From Thraustochytrium aureum (taxonomy: Eukaryota), in assembly GCA_012862495.1 (NCBI GenBank), contig BLSG01000081.1, positions 107,186 to 171,185 on the forward strand: a stretch of 64,000 bases of DNA, given 5' to 3'. Shown here one piece after another: positions 61,389 to 64,000 of this stretch; positions within the stretch are counted from its first letter, which is position 1; the number at the start of each line of letters is the position of its first letter. The notes beneath the pieces are model-generated. The model had not been told where the DNA came from, did not search any database, and worked only from the letters and a program-made list of their open reading frames with translations. The translations under genes were made by a program, and so were the position numbers.

Positions 61389-64000
61389 ATGCTCGCGTCG
61401 CAAGGCAAAACCGACGTCCTCGCGTCGTTCTGCCCGCGCGAGGTGCTCTACCACTTTCGCGAGGCAGAGTCCCCGCGGCTGACTGAGCCGCTCATCATGG
61501 ACCCGCACGAGTGCGTCGTGCTCTGGGTCGACATCTGCAAGTTTACCAGCCTGGCGGAAACCCTCGCGCCGGACCAGCTGGGTCGAGCAGTGTCAGACTT
61601 CTTCGCCCACGCCATCAAGCACATTACTGCGCATGGCGGCGACGTGCTCAAGTTCTGCGGCGACGCGCTCATGTGCTCCTTCCGCGACGCGGAAGGCCTT
61701 TTTTGGCGACGAGCAAGCCGCGCTAGATGCAGCCGTCGTTTCGGCCTGCACAAGCGCCCTCGCCATCCAGTGCGACCCGTTCTACCTCCGTCAAGCTGGC
61801 GCTGCCGATGTCCCCATTCATGTCAAGATTAGCGTCGCGATCGGGACCATGCACGCCATGCTCGTTGGCGGCGCCCGAGACCGCTGGGAGTACCTCGTGG
61901 TCGGCGAGCCGCTGCAGCAAATACGAGTGGCAGACCAGCTCTGCCTTCCTGGCGAGGTCGTCATGTCAGAGCAGGTCGCGGCTAGGCTCGCGCGCATCGA
62001 CCCGTGCGCGAGCATCGAACACGTTGGCACGCGTCTTCCGCGCGCCCCCGGCGCGCAAAAGTGTTCGCACTTGCAGGGGCGACTTGCGCGACGTGCGCAA
62101 TCGGTCGCAATGCAAGCGGCAAAGAAAGGGACCGAACCCGGCCCGCTGCGCAGCACATGCAGCATCCGCCGACCCACCCAAGCTCGGGCTTGTCGAGACC
62201 GGCCGGCGAGCCGAACGGAGCCAACGATGGTCGCGGAGCAGTTCTGAACCGAAGGAGAGGGGCTTCCTTCTCGTCAGAGCCAACGACGCCCAGCCTGGCT
62301 GGGGAAACTGAGAACACGCAGAGCGCAGCCAACGACAACTTTCGTGCGCAAGCGCAACTTGCTGATGCGACCAAGGACGCCGGGTCGGTGCTGAAGCGCC
62401 AGGGCTCGCTCCCCAGCATTGCGGCGGCCATGACCTCGGTATGCAACAGATCTCTGGCCCGCGCCGGGAGCTTTTGCCATGGTGTACGGCGCAATTTTGC
62501 AACTCGATCTAAAACCGATGGCAACCTGCCGCGCTGGAAGCCGCTCAATGACCGCGAGAAGCCACGTGTGCTGGAAAGGCGCCCCAGCGAGCTGAGCGCG
62601 TCGGGCTCGGAGAGCGCGCGGCTGACACTCACAGACTGCTTTCGCCTCGTGGCACTCGGTGCTCCCACCAGTGCGCCCAACCAGCAGCCGCAGCGCCCGC
62701 GCAGACCCGCGCCGACGCTCAAGCCGTGTAGCGGCGACCTGGTCCGCGCTTTCAGCTGGGCGCTGTCGACTGACGGCGGCCATCACCCGCTCGAGTCTCT
62801 CGTTCCGTACCAGGTTCGCAGCCGGCTCGCGGTCCTCGATGCGATGTCGCCGTCGCAGGCGACCCGCGAGAGGTTTTGGGAGGACTCCAAGTTCGCCGAG
62901 ATGCGGCACGTGACAGTGCTCTTCATCAAGATACACTCGATTACAGAGCAGAGCTTTGCGAACGCCTTAAACTCGAGCGATCCCGCAGACCCGAGCGATG
63001 CGGACCCCGGCACCGGGCTTCGCGACCTCGAAGATGGATTCGATGGCCCCAGCGAAAGCGGCGCTGGCGACGAGAGGCGCCAAGGAGCTCGACAAGAGCG
63101 CGGCCGTATGCTTGCAGATGCGATCCACGAGTCGCTCCTGGTTATCGAAGCCAACCTGTACCGGTATGGTGGCATGCTTCGCCAGATGCTCTGCGACGAC
63201 AAGGGCACAGTTGCAATCGGGGTATTCGGCGTGCCGGGCGCAACTGACTCGGACGAGTCCAACCTGCGTGCGGATGACGTGTGCTTCGCACTCCTGTGCG
63301 CCCTGGAAATTCAAAACGGACTTGCCGCGCACGAGTACGAGTTCAAGTCGTGCGTTGGGGTTGCCACAGGGCAGGCGTACTGCGGAATAGTTGGTTCCTC
63401 GACGCGGGCGGAGTACGCCATAGTCGGCGACACGGTCAACACGGCCGCGCGCATCATGGGTCGCACGGATCCCAACAACCTCGAGCGGGCAGTCGCGTGC
63501 GACAAAGAAACCAAGCGCGAGTGCAGCTCAAGCTCGATGGTGGCCTTCCGAAGCACGGTGGACCACTTCAACGTGAAGAACAAGTCCGCCGCGGTCGAAC
63601 TCCACTACCCGTTTTTACCGGAGATGGACGCGCCGGAGGAAGACGTGGCCCCGCTCTTTGGCCAGGATTTGGCAAAGTCCGTCATTGCCGATGTCATCGC
63701 GCCAAAGCCGAATTGCCACGCGGCCAGAACAACAAACCAAGTTGTGCTTTTCCAAGGCGACGCAGGAATGGGCAAGTCCAGAGTGTGGGCTTACGCTTGC
63801 GAGCGAGCGCGTCAGGGGCCACCGACGCAGTACGCGTCTTCGCTCAACCGCGGAAACACGCAGACCGTGTACAAAATCAAGTGCAAACAGCTCGCGGGCG
63901 ACTCGGCTAACCTTGGGGCGGCCCGCAGGTTCTACGAGCAGCTTCTCACCTGCTCCGACGCGGGGTGGGTTGGCCGCGTCGCTTTGCTTTGCAAGCGCCG
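61389..64000 (+). CDS. Soluble adenylate cyclase ADCY10-like (two class III cyclase domains + P-loop/STAND module); 3' partial; frameshift at T6 61699-61704 and probably others in the linker
   Basis: C1: WVDICKFTSLAE, HGGDVLKFCGDAL, VGGARDRWEYLVVGEPL. C2: FAEMRHVTVLF, YGGMLRQMLCDDKGT, VGVATGQAYCGIVGSSTRAEYAIVGDTVNTAARIM. Walker A GDAGMGKS at 63756-63779. Confidence 0.88.

Noticed and set aside
1..64000. tRNA or rRNA genes
   Set aside because: No cloverleaf with T-loop/D-loop consensus or rRNA-like conserved segments recognised by eye; a tRNAscan-SE/Infernal run would be needed to exclude them.

Overview
GC-rich, gene-dense eukaryotic DNA with short GT-AG introns, many N gaps and repeated 1-nt frameshifts at homopolymers that look like assembly error. 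The gene content suggests a flagellated protist, possibly a thraustochytrid-like stramenopile (inference only). Host genes: 3-beta-HSD-like SDR, PRP4, POLD3, a SAM methyltransferase, a TBC1D5-like RabGAP, a USP4/11/15-like deubiquitinase, RPN1, an ABCG transporter, a GT10 fucosyltransferase, CDC45, a JMJD8-like JmjC protein, a LEA protein, kinases, TMEM107, a BAHD-like acyltransferase and an ADCY10-like cyclase. The standout is a ~2.3 kb foreign-looking insert at ~10161-12418 (minus strand). It encodes a Fanzor1-type protein (eukaryotic TnpB/Cas12-related RNA-guided RuvC nuclease), followed by a ~220-nt hairpin-rich segment that is a candidate omega-RNA, and is bounded by imperfect 12-bp inverted ends. 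Other unusual architectures: a BMP-Kelch-class C 7TM receptor, a PKG-architecture kinase with PKA-type (cAMP-like) binding pockets, and a stand-alone SLOG-domain gene. All calls come from motif recognition by eye; no searches were run.
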